Origin: Octopus vulgaris
Taxonomy: Eukaryota
Direction of reading: 5' to 3'
Length of the DNA: 64,000 nucleotides
Assembly: GCA_951406725.2 (NCBI GenBank)
Contig: OX597820.1
Span: 59,830,001 to 59,894,000, forward strand
Of the stretch, positions 42,325-56,322 are shown one piece after another. A program made the position numbers and the translations under genes. Positions within the stretch are counted from its first letter, which is position 1, and every line of letters starts with the position of its first letter. Below the pieces are notes generated by a model. The model was not told where the DNA came from. It made no database searches and saw only the letters and a program-made list of their open reading frames with translations.

Positions 42325-43726
42325 TACATAAACGGATATAATTAAAAATTATAATTAAAAGAAAACACACAACTTCTTGAGTCATATCAGGACACCACCA
42401 CCACCACCACCACCACCACCACTACCATTACCATCAACTTTGATCATTTTTATTCTCGCCTTCCGTTTCTTGCAGCTACTAAAAAAAAATCTCATGCCTA
42501 AAAGTACCCTTGAAAATTGGATATCGAAGCAGTTAGAAAAGTCCCACGTCTTTGGGATAATTTAGAGAAATTACCCTGTTAATTATTAAAAGTAATTCTT
42601 ACAAGTGTCTTGTCTCTAGCGTAATTCACATAGTGGTGAGCCCTCCTCGCAAATCTCCATTGGATCTGGTCCTAAATCTTCGAGTAGCTCATATAGAGCA
42701 CACATTCGTTGGTTGTTTGCGACACGAAGACCTGTGAAACTCAGGTGGTTTACTAATTCTATTCTTTGCTAGGTTTTCTCCTCTTCGTCTCCAGACAATG
42801 GAATGGTATAACTTCGTAAAAGGTCCTCAGTTTTCTAGCAGTATTTCTCGATTATGGTTTCGGCGAGTGGGTATGATGAGACTGTTCGACCATCCTCGGG
42901 CCTAAAGCCATGGTGCAAGTGAGAGTAATGTTGGGATAGCAGCCTTCGACATCTGCTGATTTTCCTGTTGCCCGCTCTCTTCTTCTCTCCAATTTCTCGA
43001 GAAAGAAAATCCTCAAATGGCTTTTACTACCATAAGGGTAACAAGTGTGCCGTCTGACTTGCATGCCTTTCCTTGCTCGATGAACGGGAGCAGCCCCACA
43101 TGTGAGCGGGATCTCCTTTAACTCGTCTTCAGACGGCTTCCAAAACGCTCCCTATCTTCGCGAAGAAGGGGTACGCTAACTTTCTCCTTGTTCGCTCTTA
43201 GATAAAATCTTCGGACAAGGAAACATAGTCCCTACTGATACACTTTTGACAGATTTATTTCTCTGGCAAGGTTTTGTTTTTCGTATCTAGAATTTCCCTG
43301 TTAATTGTAACACCCGCAGAGTGTGGAAATTATGTTAAAAGCCAAAGAAAGCAGGAAAATTGTTTTGTTCTACTTTTATTCAGTGAATATTAGATTCTAC
43401 TTTATTTCTGGAACGTTCAAATGATTATATTGACCTCAGAAACGTCAACGACCTGATGACCTCTACATAGTTTAGCAGTCAGCACTGAGTAACATCATAT
43501 CACAACGAAACAATTTCTCTGCGGTTGGCTAATGGCCACCATAGACGATGATCCAAGCGATTGGACAGCAGTCATGCATGGACATGCAAGCACACATACG
43601 CACGAACGCGCGCTCACGCACATACTCATGCATACACACATATACACGCAAACACATATGTACGTATTTATGTTTACATACATGTATGAGTGTGTGTGTG
43701 TGTGTGTTATATACAGAGAGAAGGAG

Positions 43727-43764
<38 letters not shown>

Positions 43765-44083
43765 GAAGAAAGAAAGAAGGAAGGAAAGAAAGACCGTAAA
43801 TAAAAATAGGCGCGTGAACTACAGACATAACATTTTGCATTGTACATATGTTCCTGTTTATATGAGGGTCCGGGTGAGGGGATATCTGTAAGTTTACTTT
43901 ACCTCGCAGTCAGGGTTTATGAATACCCGATATTCTAAGTATACTAAATTCTAGTAACCGATAAATATCATTACACATACACTCACTCACGCGCGCGCAC
44001 ACACAGAGACGCGCCCCCCCCACCACACACACACACACACAATAGTATTCATAATATCTCTATATTGGTCGACTCATATACAT

Positions 44084-44144
<61 letters not shown>

Positions 44145-44209
44145 TAAATAAAATAAAACATATGCATATATATAAACATATATGTACGTACCTACCTCTA
44201 CATGTACAT

Positions 44210-44940
44210 ATACACGCATATATGAGTACAGGACACCAAAAGGACGTCGAACACAATGAGAAACGAAAACATAGACACAAACCAAAGGAACTGGACATTT
44301 TTTTAAAAACAACAAAAAAATAGAGTACAGGACAATTAACACAAAGAAAAAACCCTTCTTCAGTCGCTATGGTTTCATCTACTCTACGTTTCGAAGGATA
44401 AAAGCGAGACGTATCTTCGACAAGAAACTTTCCTTCCTGCGAAAAGCAAATCAATTAAAATTCTGAGATCTTTTCGCAGAGGGGTAAAAAATGGTAACAA
44501 AAACAGGGCAGTAACGACAGTACAAATTATAAACAGTAAAAGACAGGACAAGGAAAAACAAGATAAGAAGGGCTGTTAACGCCGAACGAAAAAAAGTATT
44601 GCGAACGCGGAATTTTTTATGAACGACGAGCGGAGCAAAAAGAATTGTCGTCCGTTACCTTGAGAGGGCCAGGCCAGAAAGACAGCAGCGGAAGTCTCGT
44701 CGCGGGTGAACGACGGGAGGGGGAGGAGCAAGACAAAGGGAGAGAAGAAGGGGAATGGCTGCGAGGAAACCATGAAGAATGGAGAGGGGGAGAGAGAGAG
44801 TGAAGAATGAGAGAGAGGAAGAGACAAGTTAAGTAGAGGAAAAGGAAATCAAAGAATGAAGGCTGAGAAAGGGATGGGACAGAAAGGTTAAGAGTGCGCA
44901 TCAAAGTTAATATCAAGAACAAAACTTGATATAAAGAACA
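44210..44940 (-). repeat. unclassified interspersed repeat, related to about 52040-52620, between TA tracts
   Basis: Shared blocks gtacaggac..ca, ccttc(t/a)tca, tctactc...tttcga, ggt.aaa..tg.taacaaaaacagg. The orientation is arbitrary. Confidence 0.55.
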
Positions 44941-44970
44941 ATTTTACTTAAAAGGGATGCGTGCGTTTCG

Positions 44971-45045
<75 letters not shown>

Positions 45046-45060
45046 CATATATGCTCGTTA

Positions 45061-45320
45061 GTGGAGGCGCGTGGCTTAGTGGTTAGGGTGTCAGCATCAT
45101 GAGCACCAGATTGCGGTTTCGATTCCTGGACCGGGAGAAGCGTTGAGTTCTTGAGCAAAACACTTCATTTCCCGTTTCTCCAGTTCACTCAGCTGGCAAA
45201 AATGAGTAACGCTGCGATGGACTGGCGTCCCGTCCAGCTAGGGAACACATACGCCATTGAAACCGGGAAACCGGGCCCATGAGCCTGGCTAGGCTTTAAA
45301 AGGGCGTATTTATTTATTTT
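45061..45320 (+). mobile_element. tRNA-derived SINE, family C-related
   Basis: gtggaggcgcgtggcttagtggttaggg...ggtttcgattcctggaccggg. Confidence 0.85.
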
Positions 45321-45843
45321 TATATGCTTGTTATTTTAGTTGAACCAGTCTCTTACTACTCCGAGTTTCGCTTGTGGATGTTATTCAGGCACTCAACTAT
45401 GAGGCCACAGTTTGTTATAGCAGAAACAGCTGTAAGCCATTGAAGCTCATAAGGTAATTGGTTATTCCTTGGTCCTCGAATATTCTTGTGAATGTTTGTG
45501 TCTGTGTATGTATACATTCATACATACGTATGTATATGTGAGTGTGTGTGTGCCTGTGTGTATATACATTCATACATATGTACGTATATGTGAGTGTTTG
45601 TATTTGTTTTAGTATGTCCCAGTTCATGGAATCATGGGACGAAGAAACCACAATAGAAAGCAAATTATTTAATGCATTAAAGCAAAGTGGATATATGTAT
45701 ATTTTTTTTTAAAATTTACTCCCAGAAAAATATCTTAATTTCGCTCTTCTCCACTATCCACCCCTTTTTGAAATTTTGTTGAAGAACGAAAAAATATACA
45801 AATATACATACACGCACATATAAATACAGACATACACAAGCAC

Positions 45844-45901
<58 letters not shown>

Positions 45902-46001
45902 GCACACGCGCTAACATGCACAGTTATACACACATATATACATACATACATACATACAGACAGACACAGATAAACAGACAGACAGACTGACAGATAGATA
46001 A

Positions 46002-46091
<90 letters not shown>

Positions 46092-47313
46092 TGTGCACAG
46101 CTGAATGTTGCAGACGTCTGCTAGTTTCTATTGGTCAATGTATGCAAGTTTGTGTGTGCTTTGTGTGTGTGCGTTTGTGTGCGTTGCTTGCTTATCTGAT
46201 CATATATTGTGCGTTTCTGCGTAAGTTTATATACGGAGAAAAAATTGCAATATAATACTTCTATCATGAGCAACATTAATTAAAATAAACAAAGCAGGAG
46301 TCTGCAGCAATATTTTCCTTCATTTTTACGGGAATATTACAAAGAATCTTTTATTATACGCTGTATTGTATGTATACTTTTACGAAAATGCGACTAAAAA
46401 GATCCCTTATATAATTTTAGCACGTTATATTCAAAAAATATTTTCTTACGAAACTATGACAAAGGGCTTTTCATTGTGTTTCCATAATGTCTCCCTGCGT
46501 GTTCAATATTTCCCATCCATAGAAAAGATTTATTTGACAGCAATCTGGACAAACATCCGTCGTTTCGTCTCCTAATATTTTTTACATTACTTCCTGTCAC
46601 AACACAAGTGTCTGTTTTCTGCAATTGCCTTCCAAGTAGGAGTGAAATGCTTGAGTGAATAAGATAGTACAATACCTTCCAATAGTCAGAGCGTTCAAAT
46701 CCAATGCAAGTGTGTGTCGTTCTGTTTCTAGGCAGAACACATTGTATTCCTTATGCTTTTACTATACCAAAATGTTAAGGAAATAAAAATCGTTACTCGC
46801 TTTCATTGGTTTTTATTCCAGATTGTTATCCAACACTCACCTACTTCATTTAGGTCATTAAAGCGAAGTTTAACGTAGTCTATCAAAATACTTTTGAAAT
46901 TTGCTTGCAGCTATTGTTTCTGGTTTTGATCCCACAGCGAGGGAGACCATGGGCGAGGGTCTCTTATCATAAGATGAGTTGGTTGATCAATGCTTTGCAA
47001 TTGGGTTCCGGTAGATGACTACCGGGTTTTTTTTCCATGGGGTAATAACCTTTGACCGTCACTACATTTCTATAATATTTGGGTATACTCCGTAGTAAAC
47101 TTTAGTATGAAAATAAAAACTGCTGACGCGCCAGTAATGCATGTTTCCTTACGTTTACTGTTTTCAGCCAGGGGATGCGATTATGCTGGGGCACCACATT
47201 TGGATGAAAGGCAAAATCAACTTCGGCAGAATTTAAGCTCAGAACATAAAGAGTCGGAAGAAATATTGCAAAGTATTTTATCTAACGAGCTAACGACTGA
47301 ATTAGCTCAGTGC

Positions 47314-47344
<31 letters not shown>

Positions 47345-47576
47345 CATACATACATACATACATACATACATACATGTATATACATACATACATACATACA
47401 TACATACATACATACATACATACATACATGTATATATATATATATACATACATACATACATGCATGTATGCATATGTACGTACATACATACATACATACA
47501 TACATACATACATACATACATACATACATACATACATACATACATACATACATACATACATGCATGCATACATACA

Positions 47577-47930
47577 TAGAGGATATCTATGGACAACTGT
47601 TTCGAAACTTCCAGCTTCTATATCCAGACTATGAATTCATATTCATACCAATAATAATTGGAGCGCTAGGTTTTGCTAGGTAAATGCTTAAAGGAGAATC
47701 TGGATAAACTGGGATTTTCAGAAAGAGAAATCGACCGGCTAATTCGTACAATACAAGTGCAATCTGTGAGTGGAACAGTAGACATATGTAAGACTTTTCA
47801 CGGGTTCTAAATGTGAATTTGTCTGTGTTAACTACATTCCAAAGATGGAGCTTTGTATCTTTGTTGGAAACCGACTCCCTCCTCAGTAGAAGGTATATAA
47901 TAATTTTTTAAAAAATAGAAGATACATATA
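47577..47930 (+). mobile_element. 3' end of an RLE-type (R4/Dong-like) non-LTR retrotransposon abutting (TACA)n
   Basis: IYGQLFRNFQLLYPDYEFIFIPIIIGALGF/KCLKENLDKLGFSEREIDRLIRTIQVQSVSGTVDICKTFHGF*. PIIIGALG is a typical R4-clade C-terminal motif. Confidence 0.7.
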
Positions 47931-48063
47931 TACCGCACGCTCACACGAACCCCGGCCTTCTGACTGACTTGGATAAGCAATTCCTGGAATTTTTACACCT
48001 GCGGATTACTGTTACCATTCATTCGGAAGACGCCACTCTAATCGTGACAGAAGATACATACAT

Positions 48064-48168
<105 letters not shown>

Positions 48169-48201
48169 CTGTGTGTGTGTGTGTGTGTGTGAACTGTAAT
48201 G

Positions 48202-48241
<40 letters not shown>

Positions 48242-48673
48242 CGTACTAATGATGATAGTGACATCTCCAAAAACTAGATTATTTTCTTCTTTTACAATAT
48301 CAATATTCCTGAGAGAATGCACGACGTCCAAAAGTCTGAGACATTATTCTCGGGTAATGCTTCAAGATTCCCTTGTGTTCTGGCTTACCGGCAAAGTATT
48401 CATGCCTTGTTCTTATCACTTGTGTATTTTCTACGTGATATTGAACACATATATGCAGCACTGTTTCAAAACGATACCAATTTAGTGTGTGCAACTGTAG
48501 CACATCAGTCAGCACATACACGCGCGTGCACGGAAGATGTTCACGCAATCGAAACTTCAGGTGAGTGTGTGTGTGGATGAACATGCCTGTGTATGTCTGC
48601 ACGTGACCTTTGATATGTTTGTCTCTGTGTATATGTGATAGTCCTACTAACAAATGCATTTATACATACGCAA

Positions 48674-48722
<49 letters not shown>

Positions 48723-49755
48723 CACATATATATGTTTATATATGTATATAAATGTATATATATGCATGTATGTTTGTATGTATGTATGAATGCATTCATA
48801 CACATGTGTATGCGTACATACATGTATACATAGATGCATACATATATACATAGACGCATACATTCATACACACATACGTGCATACATACATACATACATA
48901 AATACATAACTACATACATAAATACATAAATACATACATACATACACACATATATACATACACACATACATAAATACATACATACATACACACATACATA
49001 CATACATACATACATACATACATACATACATACATACGTACATACATACATATATACGTACATACGTACATACATACATACATACATACATACATACATA
49101 CATACATACATACATACATACATACATACATACATACATACATGCAAATATACGTTTCTGATGGATTTAAGGTCATACGTGGAAAACAAATTCAATTAAA
49201 ATATTAGTCGATGAAAATGTGATATATTGGTCGAAATCTTTATGTTTCTGAAAGAACTTGGCAATAAATAACATTAAAAGAATGCAGAAATCTACTGATA
49301 TTTTAAGAAGGTTTATGTTCTTGAAAATGGCGTCCAAAATAATTTGGCAGATCGTTAGTCAATCCTCACGCACAGACAGTGTACAATATAACTGTCCAAG
49401 TGGAGGACTGTACAAATAATCATATTGAAGGTTGGTATAGACATTTATGTGCTATCGTTAGATCACATTGAAATGTTTATTCTGTGTTTTACACTACACA
49501 TTAAAACCAGTTTCTTGTTGAAGTCGGATTATTTATTCTACGAAGTAGTGCTTCTGTTATGTCAAAGATAAAGCCTTATTTCCTTAAAAGGAATTCGAAC
49601 TGCTCTGTGGGAATATACAAGAATAGACATTTTAAATTATCTTTTCATTATGTATAGTCTTTAATAATACTTAGCTTTCCAAATATATTATCAATCAATT
49701 TGGCTTTCGACGAACATGACGTTTGGCTAGTATGCGTTCGAATAATGCGCTTTCG

Positions 49756-49827
<72 letters not shown>

Positions 49828-49848
49828 CCTACCTACCTACCTACCTAC

Positions 49849-49890
<42 letters not shown>

Positions 49891-49916
49891 GTATGTATGT
49901 TTGTATGTATATATAA

Positions 49917-49954
<38 letters not shown>

Positions 49955-50184
49955 TCCCCTCTTTCTCAACTGAGACTCTGCAATTAAGGTCTAGGTCAGA
50001 AGTGTCCCTCGGCTTATTGTAATAACTCATTATCTAAACTAAAGTTGAGTGATCTAAGTTTACGAGATTTCCAAGTTAGACGAAAATGACCTCTGCCAAT
50101 TTGAGTGGCATTTAGGTCCATTTGAAACTGCCAATAACATGAGCACATGAATGAATTTTCTGCTTTTGTATTATATATATATAT

Positions 50185-50378
50185 TGTGGAAATTTATAGA
50201 AAAACAAAAGACGAAGGTAGGTGTAAGAACAACAAGCAAGTATTAGTTTGACGCTCGGGAAAAATGAAAAAGTCTTTTACGTTTCGAGCCTACGCTCTTC
50301 AACAGAAAGGAAGGAGAAAATAAACAGAGCGAGAGAGGGAGAGAGAGAGAGTAGAAAAATCATGTAGATTTCAACAGT
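50185..50378 (-). mobile_element. family H1 copy (hammerhead-like motif 50274-50309)
   Basis: Minus strand cttt-ctgttga-a-gagc-gtag-gctc-gaaacgta-aaag. Confidence 0.7.
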
Positions 50379-50385
50379 ATATATA

Positions 50386-50658
50386 GGCGCATGGTTCCGA
50401 GTTCAGTCCACTACGTGGCACTTTCGGCAAGTGTCTTCCGCTATAGCCTCGGGCCGACCAGAACCTTGTGAGTGAAGTTGCTAGAAGGAAACTGAAAAAT
50501 ACTTGTAACCCTCGTACTTATTCTATCTGTATCTTTTGCCGAACCGCTAGATTACAGGGGCATAAACACACAAACATTGGTTATCAAGTAATGGTGGGGG
50601 GGTCAAACACAGACACACAAATATATACATATATATATATATTTATATACATATATAC

Positions 50659-50720
<62 letters not shown>

Positions 50721-51016
50721 CAATCATTTGACTGTGGCCAGGCAGGACTTATCTTTGTAACCTCGTACTTATTCTATCTGTATCTTTTGCCGAACCGCTA
50801 GATTACAGGGGCATAAACACACAAACATCGGTTGTTAAGTAATGGTGGGTGGAAAACACAGACACACAAATGTATACATGCATACATATATGTATGTATG
50901 TGTGTTTATGCCCCTGTAATCTAGCGGTTCGGCAAAAGATACAGATAGAATAAGTACGAAGGTTACAAAGATAAGTCCTGCTTGGCCACAGTCAAATGAC
51001 CGAAACAAGTAAAAGA
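50386..51016. mobile_element. rearranged SINE family A composite with direct and inverted duplications
   Basis: The block tcgtacttattctatctgtatcttttgccgaaccgctagattacaggggcataaacaca occurs twice directly (about 50512 and 50763) and once inverted (about 50900-50960). Confidence 0.8.
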
Positions 51017-51164
<148 letters not shown>

Positions 51165-51598
51165 AAGTGGAGGACAGATTTTCGTAGCTCAAATTCCTTT
51201 ATTGTGGGAATACAAAATACATAAAAATTTATTGAAATATTAGGTTTCAATCGCCCCAGTATTATAATCCCAAGAAAAGCAGTAGTACAAAACCTTACGA
51301 TCGTTTCGGAGAATGCGTTTGTATTGGGCGAATTTTTCAGCCAATACAAATAGTCGCATTTCCCACATCAGACGTACTAAAAATCGATTAAAATAGTTTT
51401 ACAATTTGAAAAAAATGCTAGTTTCTTTTTTTAAAAGTTCGTAAGGATATAGAAAAAGACGTTGTGAAGTGAAAAAAAGGTTGTGAAATAAAAATTAAAA
51501 TATTTGTAAAAATAAAATGACAGATGCTATATTGGATAAGAGAAAGGAATGAAGACTTATATACATACATACATACATACATACATACATACATACAT

Positions 51599-51706
<108 letters not shown>

Positions 51707-51885
51707 ATAAATATTAGGGAATGAATCCAAAATTACAGGGAAAAATCAGATTTAGGGTTAAATCCAATTTTATAGTAAAATATTATATAATATAATTCGA
51801 GACAAAACCACTATTTTAAAACCAAACAAGGAAAGACTTAATCAATACATAAAATTTTAATATAAATTAAAAATTAAATAAACCG

Positions 51886-51929
51886 CCACTACAATTGTTT
51901 CATGTCTGCTACCGACATTCTTCAGGTGG
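51886..51929 (-). ncRNA. minimal type I hammerhead ribozyme motif
   Basis: CCAC-CUGAAGA-AUGUC-ggUAGCA-GACAU-GAA-ACAAUUGU-A-GUGG: intact core, 4-bp stem I, 5-bp stem II, palindromic stem III, GUA cleavage triplet. Confidence 0.85.
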
Positions 51930-52671
51930 ATTTTCGATCTTCTAATCAGTATCAAATTTTTATATATGCATATATACACACACATATGTACATAGGTATG
52001 CATATATGGGTACACACATATGTATATAGGTATGCATATATGGGTACAGGACGTCACACATCGTAAACATGAAATACGAAAATAACGTTGGGTAAGCAAA
52101 AAACAGGAGAATCAAATTGGAAAACAAGACAAGTAACATAAAAGGCAATCCTTCATCATAAAAGGCTGTCCTTCTACTCCTTATTTCGAGCAATGAACGA
52201 CAAGATAAGACTTTGAAGGCAGTGGCTCCCGCGAACCAAAATAAAATTTGGGATTTGCGGACGGTCAAAGTTGATAACAAAAACAGGATATACAACAAAC
52301 CAAACCAAACGAATACAAACAGGGAAGGCCGTTAGGCTCAGATGAGGTATGGTAGTGAATGCTGGAAGAAGATTATTTTAATAAGAAAAACGATAGGAGA
52401 GGAGACAGGAATGCGTCTGGACTGCACAACAGACTGAAAGAAAAGATAATCACGTGAGGAAAGGAGAGATGAACGATGGTCACGCGGGAGAGAGAGAGAG
52501 AGAGAGAGAGTAAAGGAGGAAGAGAGAGAGAGAGAGGGGCAGACAGATAGATAGAAAACAGGGAAGAGAAGGAAAAAAGAATTAGATAAAACTTACTTGG
52601 AAATGGATGTGTGGCGTTCAATTAAATAGTAATATAATATTATAAATATAAATAATATAAATATATATATC

Positions 52672-52857
52672 CCTAGACATTTTTCTCTCTCCGTTTTTTT
52701 TTTGTTCTCTTCATTTTTTCCCCTCTCAATCCTTTCTACTGAGGAGCGTAGGCTCAAAACGTCAAAGCCATTTCTATTCTTCCCGAGCGTCAAACAAATA
52801 CACCTGCTTGTTATTCCCTCGCCAGTTTTTGTCTTTTGTTTTCTGTAAATTTGAACT
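52672..52857 (+). mobile_element. family H1 copy (degenerate motif 52732-52767)
   Basis: cttt-ctactga-ggagcgtaggctc-aaaacgtc-aaag plus the shared tail. Confidence 0.65.
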
Positions 52858-53122
52858 ATATATATTAGGTTAAGGAGAGACGATGATCGATGACTAGAAG
52901 AATATTGAGCTATATCTGATAACCAGTTGATCTAGTAAGCGGGGCCTCGTGTCAGTGCGCAATGATACTGTCGAGATACGCCGGTGCACAATGAGGCCGT
53001 CGAGAGGTAGACCCCGAAACGGTGCGCATTCTCTCCTGATGACTCGCTGGCTTCTGGTATGCGGAGCTTTTGACTAATAGCACTTGCATGTGCAAGTTGT
53101 TTGCAAAACATATATGTATGTA

Positions 53123-53158
<36 letters not shown>

Positions 53159-53227
53159 TGTATAATTTTTTTTCAGAATAAGATTTAAAAACCAAGGCTG
53201 TGAAGATTTTAGAACATTTATAAATAG

Positions 53228-53275
53228 GTCTTACAGCTGTTTCCAGGACATTTATTATATCCCTTCATCGGAGAC
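53228..53275 (-). ncRNA. minimal type I hammerhead motif with one core substitution
   Basis: GUCU-CCGAUGA-a-GGGAUAU-aauaa-AUGUCCU-g-GAA-ACAGCUGU-A-AGAC. Confidence 0.7.
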
Positions 53276-53305
53276 GGTGTGAGAAAATTGTTAAGCAATA
53301 GTTAA

Positions 53306-53450
53306 TTTAGATAAGATACGAAATAGAGAATGAAGTAGAGGAATGAAAATAGATATGAGATATGCAGGGATATTGCATCTGTAAATCCCTGCATATCTCA
53401 TATCTATTTTCATTCCTCCACTTCATTCTCTATTTCGTATCTTATCTAAA
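53306..53450. repeat. inverted repeat with 66-bp arms and a 13-nt spacer
   Basis: 53306-53371 versus 53385-53450, with one mismatch seen. Confidence 0.9.
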
Positions 53451-53454
53451 AAGG

Positions 53455-53545
53455 GCACGAAAGAGTGTCCTTTGTGTGACCAGTATGGTCGTGACTGCTT
53501 CTCAAAGGTAGGCCTACTCAGCCACAAGCGTGGTCACGGAGGCAC
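53455..53545 (+). mobile_element. RTE-type LINE extreme C-terminal relic
   Basis: CDQYGRDCFSKVGLLSHKR resembles the RTE terminal CxxC..H motif. Confidence 0.5.
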
Positions 53546-54410
53546 CCTCCTCTACCAATGTTATATCTAGCATGCTCTCTGGTGCACCTGATATAGCAGA
53601 GTGTGTTGTTCACCCAGTGGACTCACTCGACACTGTTAATCCCAACATCCAGATGGCCGGGCTGTTTCAGAGGTCAGCGTGGAATAACATGTAGGTCCTT
53701 TGCAAACCTTAGGAGCCATATGAGATGTCATCATCGATGAAGAAACCAGCCTTGAGATGTTTCTTAGAATGAAATGGGTTTGAGATGCTGTCTTGCTCGA
53801 CCACAAGTCGACTTCCGCCATGTAGGCGTGTGTTGTCTGCGCGCGCATCAGCGTTATGATCGAACAAAAGTTTTAAAGTACACTTCAATTTGCATATCAA
53901 GCGTTTTCTCACGATAACGTTCATATCATTCTGTAACATAATGATCATAATGCTGAATTCATAATACATTACCATGTACTTCTCACTCTCATTGCAAAGT
54001 TAATATCAAAAAGAAATCAAACAATGATTTGATAAAATTAGAGAACATTTTAATTTCCATTGAGATTTCTGAACTATAAGGTGGTGAAAAATGTTTACAA
54101 TTGAAATTGAAAAAACACATTCTGCAGAACAAAGTCTACAAAAGGAGTTCAGGAAATATCCCAATGCTAGCATCAAATTAAGGGTTTGAAATCCACTTCA
54201 GCTCGCATATCAAACTTGTCTAAACGATAACATTCATAAACATCCTATCATAGCCACGTTTCTGTGAGCGCTATCGTCACATAGATGAATCTATGAGGAA
54301 ACGTCGCTAAGGAAAACGCTATGAAAGAATAAGATACACCAGTTACTGCTATTATACATGAACACATACATACATACATACATACATACATACATACATA
54401 CATACATACA

Positions 54411-54441
<31 letters not shown>

Positions 54442-54599
54442 GTTCCATGTAAAATATATATATATATTACATAGAACTCTCTCGTCGCTTCGACAAATGA
54501 GTGCTCAGCAGGACATAGCTATATAGTGTTTCCGGTGTTTTACCGTGTCGTTTTACCGATTGCAGTGATGGTCACCGTCATTTGGGAGTAGATTGGACC

Positions 54600-54965
54600 T
54601 AGCTCTATGCTGGTCTCTTTTTTTCCCTCTGGGTGCTTATCCTGGCTGCCTCAAATTTTGTGCTTTATTCAGTGCTACTAATTCCCATATCTTCAGATTA
54701 ATCTTGCAGATATTCAAGCAGGTCTTTAGAGTGTACTTATAACGGAGCAATGGACGGTCTTGGTGTCTGGCACCAGAGCTAAGCTAACCACAGAAGAGGG
54801 TTCTAGGCAAGCGAATGTCTTCCATATGTACCACAAGGTCAACCCATCTCAGTTGCACTTTAATAAGGAAACACACTATATCTAGAACCACCGTGATGCG
54901 GGCATTGCCTTGCAACTTGATGTTGCAAATTTTAACGGCCCAAGTGCTACCTTTACGATAGCATG
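54600..54965 (-). mobile_element. RTE-type LINE RT C-terminal relic
   Basis: QLRWVDLVVHMEDIRLPRTLFCG*LSSGARHQDRPLLRYKYTLK. Confidence 0.7.
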
Positions 54966-55326
54966 TTCGCAATATACATTCTTCTATCCACTAATTTCTC
55001 TTTTTCTCACTTGCCTCTATACCGCTACATTCCCTCTCTTAAAGAGCCGTTTTTTCTGTCTCACCTTTTTTATCTTCCATTCATTTTCTCTCTTCTCCTG
55101 CCCCCTCTCACTCTCTATTTCTATCTCTTTCTCTCTTGCTCTCTCCACCTCTAACTCTTCCTATCTCTTCATGATGAAACATCAGAACAGCTTCAAAGCA
55201 AGGCTTTCTCTCCCTGCCACTCTCTTTACCTCTCTCTCTGTATCAACCTCTGGTCTCTATGTCCTTCGTTATCTCTCTCTCTCTCTCTCCTTCTCTCTAC
55301 TCTCTACGTCACAGCCTGTCTGTCTG

Positions 55327-55427
<101 letters not shown>

Positions 55428-55713
55428 TATATATACATGTATATATATAATGCATGTATATATATGTGTATATGGATATGTAAATATATATGTATATATA
55501 TATTTATGTTTATATATGTACACATATATGTATATGTATGTATATACATATGTATATATGTATGTGTATACATATTGTATATGTATGTGTGTGCGTGTGG
55601 GGGGAGTAAGAGTGAGAGAATGAGAGAGAGTGAGAGAGAGCAAGAGAGAGAGAGAATGAGAGCTAGTGTGTGTTTCTGGTTTACAAGACGTTTCATCTGG
55701 CGAACAAGTTTAC

Positions 55714-55824
55714 TTATTCCTTGCTAGATGTTTCTTCTAGAGAACAACCACGCTGTTTCTAGTTTCATTATTCCTTGCTAGATGTTTCTTCTAGAGAACA
55801 ACCACGCTGTTTCTAGTTTCATTA
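55714..55824. repeat. 54-bp tandem duplication
   Basis: The unit beginning ttattccttgctagatg and ending gtttctagtttca starts at 55714 and again at 55768. Confidence 0.9.
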
Positions 55825-55936
55825 AAGTTTTTGATGGGGCCGAGAGATGAAGTTGGAAGATGATTATCAATAAGGTCTGTAGGATAGAGGATGTGTCTCT
55901 GTGTGTGTGTGTGTGTGTGTATGTGTAGTGGGGTGT

Positions 55937-56322
55937 GTGGAGGCGCAATGGCCCAGTGGTTAGGGCAGCGGACTCGCGGTCATAGGACCGCGGTTTCGAT
56001 TCCCAGACCGGGCGTTGTGAGTGTTTATTGAGCGAAAACACCTAAAAGTTCCACGAGGCTCCGGCAGGGGATGGTGGTGATCCCTGCAGTACTCTTTCAC
56101 CACAACTTTCTCTCACTCTTACTTCCTGTTTCTGTTGTACCTGTATTTCAAGGGGCCGGCCTTGTCACTCTCTGTGTCACACTGAATATCCCCGAGAACT
56201 ACGTTAAGGGTACACGTGTCTGTGGAGTGCTCAGCCACTTACACGCTAATTTCACGAGCAGGCTGTTCCGTTGATTCGGATCAACCGGAACCCTCATCGT
56301 GGTAACCGACGGAGTGCTTCCA
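55937..56322 (+). mobile_element. tRNA-derived SINE family C, full length
   Basis: Near-identical to 3576-3959. Flanks agtggggtgt / agtggggggt form a TSD with one mismatch. Confidence 0.9.

Noticed and set aside
42600-43320. Relatively GC-rich stretches that might be host exons (also 17660-17930, 39100-39520, 53630-53850, 62480-62800)
   Set aside because: There is no recognisable protein, and the frames I read contain stops. They are more likely old TE relics, though small exons cannot be excluded without RNA-seq.
52935-53070. gaccccgaaacgg...ctgatga, a possible permuted hammerhead
   Set aside because: I could not form stem III and stem I around a valid NUH site.
55937-56010. tRNA-Arg-like sequence (also at 3885-3959, 21335 and 45061)
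   Set aside because: These are SINE heads with no acceptor stem pairing, continuous with the SINE body and bounded by TSDs.
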